A stretch of DNA of 64,000 nt, from positions 11,842,001-11,906,000 of the forward strand of contig NC_043024.1 in assembly GCF_006345805.1 (NCBI RefSeq), in the 5' to 3' direction. Below the pieces are notes generated by a model, which had not been told where the DNA came from, did no database searches, and was given only the letters and a program-made list of their open reading frames with translations. Positions 61,223-64,000 of the stretch are shown in pieces (the first letter of the stretch is position 1; every line of letters begins with the position of its first letter). Source of the DNA: Octopus sinensis (lineage: Eukaryota). The position numbers and the translations under genes are program-made.

Positions 61223-61624
61223 CCTATTTCTTTACTACCCACAAGGGGCTAAACACAGAGGGGACAAACAAGGACAGACAAACGGATTAAGTCGATTACA
61301 TCAACTCCAGTGCGTAACTGGTACTTATTTAATCGACCTTGAAAGGATGAAAGGCAAAGTCGACCTCGGCAGAATTTGAACTCAGAACGTAGCGGCAGAC
61401 GAAATACCTATTTCTTTACCACCTACCAGGGGCTAAACACAGAGGAGACAAACAAGGACAGACAAACGGATTAAGTCGATTATATCAACCCCAGTGCGTA
61501 ACTGGTACTTAATTTATCGACCCCGAAAGGATGAAAGGCAAGTCGACCTCGGCGGAATTTGAACTCAGAACGTAACGGCAGACGAAAAACTGCTAAGCAT
61601 TTCGCCCGGCGTGCTAACGTTTAT
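61223..61624 (-). mobile_element. SINE family B dimer with 19-bp TSD
   Basis: taaatgaaataatatagtc at 61204-61222 and 61625-61643. Confidence 0.88.
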
Positions 61625-61734
61625 TAAATGAAATAATATAGTCTCGTGTACACTTTAAAAAACAGGTTGGTCATGACTGGAATGGATGGGAGTCGATATA
61701 CCTTTTTTGTAGAGATAGGTGTAGAGAGAGAGTT

Positions 61735-62175
61735 CACTTGATGCTAGGGAATCTTGGACTAGCTGTGAAGATATTGCCAGAAAATTGCTGGAAGCTGCTG
61801 AGAAAGCAAGATGTTAGATTTAGTCCAAGAGAGAGGACGATGAGTGCAAGAATAATGAACAGTGATCATGGTAGGAACATCTGGCCCACAGTCACAAACC
61901 AACAAACCTCGTGCTGCTGTGCGGGAGTTTTGTTGTCTACATCGGTGGGTGCCCTCCCCCGGGTAGCTTAGGTTTCGCAGTGGAAGTGGGTAGCTTAGGT
62001 TTCGCACCTATAAAGCTGCTTCACCGCCTTATGAGAGATCGAATTCTACATTCGGAGACGGATCGCAGCAGCATCCTCATCCCACAAACGTTTACCTTAA
62101 AAGGCTATCATAGGTCTACTACATCGCATATTGACCTGATACCACAGAGCAAGACTAGCAACTGTGCAATCATGT
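61735..62175 (+). mobile_element. HERO/NeSL-like non-LTR retrotransposon 3' end, degenerate
   Basis: IARKLLEAAEKARC*I*SKRE resembles the EAAE.AS.WLW.KR C-terminus (recall); two TGG>TAG changes. Confidence 0.5.
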
Positions 62176-62191
62176 CCTCCACCAGAATTCT

Positions 62192-62783
62192 TATTTCTTT
62201 ACTGCCCACAAGGGGCTAAACATAGAGGGGACAAACGAGGGCAGACAAACGGATTAAGTCGATTATATCGACCCCAGTGCGTAACTGGTACTTAATTTAT
62301 CGACCCCGAAAGGATGAAAAGCAAAGTCGACCTCGGCGGAATTTGAGCTCAGAACGTAGCGGCAGACGAAATACCTATTTCTATTTCTTTACTGCCCACA
62401 AGGGGGTACACACAGAGGGGACAAACAAGAACAGACAAACGGATTAAGTTGATTATATCGACCCCAGTGCGTAACTGGTACTTAATTTATCGACCCCGAA
62501 AGGATGAAAGGCAAAGACGACCTCGGCGGAATTTGAGCTCAGAACGTAGCGGCAGACGAAATGCCTATTTCTTTGCTAAACACAGAGAGGACAAACAAGG
62601 ACAGGCAAACGGATTAAGTCGATTAAATCGACCCCGGTGCGTAACTGGTACTTATTTAATCGACCCCGAAAGGATGAAAGGCAAAGTCGACCTCGGCGGA
62701 ATTTGAACTCGGAACGTAACGGCACACGAAATACGACTACGCATTTCGCCCGGCGTGCTAACGGTTCTGCCAGCTCGCCGCCT
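62192..62783 (-). mobile_element. SINE family B trimer with TSD
   Basis: ccaccagaattct on both sides; head + 3 modules. Confidence 0.87.
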
Positions 62784-63284
62784 CCACCAGAATTCTGTGT
62801 ATCACTTAATCAACCATCATCTTTTTTGGTTGGGGATGCAAAACACACACACACACACACATATGGAGAGAGAAAGAGGACATCTGTGGACCATTGAAAG
62901 GGAGTTTGCAAATCCAGTACCCAAAATAGACTTTCAGTGTCATACCTATTATTATTATTATTGGACAGAATACCTACAAACCCTTTTGGAGCAAAGTATG
63001 GCTGACCTTGGAATCTTGGGGAGAAATGCAAATCCTTAATTTATACTCTACAAATGATCACGATATGAGGAGCAATAAAAATCTGCAAGATCTTCTTAAG
63101 ATTTAAAGGATGATGGTTAAAAGAAGATACATTCCTCCATAGCCAATAAAGGCGGTGCTGCAGCATGGCCGCAGTCAAATGACTGAAACAAGTAAAAGAG
63201 AGTAAAGAGAGCCTTGCTTCCAAGTAGGTGGCTGGTCAACATTTACTCTAAAATCAGAAAGAGAAAGAGAAGAACATACATATA

Positions 63285-63965
63285 TATACATACATACACA
63301 CATACATACATGCATACATACATACATGCATACATGCATACATACATATATACATGCATACATACACACATATACATCCATAATACATACATACACGCAT
63401 ACATACATACACACATACATAAATACATTCATACATGCATACATACATACATACATACATACATTCATACATGCATACATATATACATACATACATACAT
63501 ACATATATACATACACACATACATACACAGATACATACATACACGCATACATACATACACACATACATAAATACATTCATACATGCATACATACATACAT
63601 ACATTCATACATACATATATACATACACACATACATACACAGATACATACATACACGCATACATACATACACACATACATAAATACATTCATACATGCAT
63701 ACATACATACATACATTCATACATGCATACATACATACATACATTCATACATACATATATACATACACACATACATACACAGATACATACATACATGCAT
63801 ACATGCACTCATACATACATACATACACACATACATACATACATACATACATGCATGCACACACACATACATACATACATACATACACACACATACATAC
63901 ACACACACATACATACATACATACATACATACATACATACATACATACATACATACATACATACA
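63285..63965. repeat. (CATA)n compound microsatellite
   Basis: Visible; source of HTYI/MYVC ORFs. Confidence 0.95.
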
Positions 63966-64000
63966 TAGAAGTTGACTCGAGACTATGTAAGACCACTTCC

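Noticed and set aside
63175-63996. Numerous MYVC/HTYI ORFs
   Set aside because: Translations of (CATA)n microsatellite; the same applies to IYIY and poly-T/L/V ORFs elsewhere.

Overview
Eukaryotic, AT-rich, repeat-saturated genomic DNA. The SINE repertoire and microsatellite style suggest an octopod cephalopod (inference). The only host gene I can support is the 3' part of a + strand adhesion GPCR (ADGRG2/G4/G6-like), reconstructed by hand as 14 phase-compatible exons from 376 to the stop at 33079. It encodes an HRM domain, a GAIN domain with intact GPS (HL|TNFALLM), 7TM and a short tail; its 5' end lies upstream of the window. The rest is tRNA-derived SINEs (four head types), non-autonomous Helitrons, mariner, hAT, RTE and HERO-like relics, microsatellites and large tandem arrays. 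Highlights: (1) two multi-kb satellites grew from inside transposase reading frames (17-bp unit from mariner AIRRKR, 27-bp unit from a hAT BED-finger N-terminus) and a third from a hAT-MITE end; (2) two unannotated hammerhead ribozyme motifs with intact cores, palindromic stem III and long stem II, plus a tandem pair of variant motifs in a sense intron; (3) SINEs occur as one head plus n identical modules, several bounded by TSDs; (4) many fold-backs and local templated copies, including an inverted piece of the intronic satellite in the putative 3' UTR. Nearly all long ORFs in the supplied track are repeat artefacts. No CRISPR, rRNA or bona fide tRNA genes were seen.
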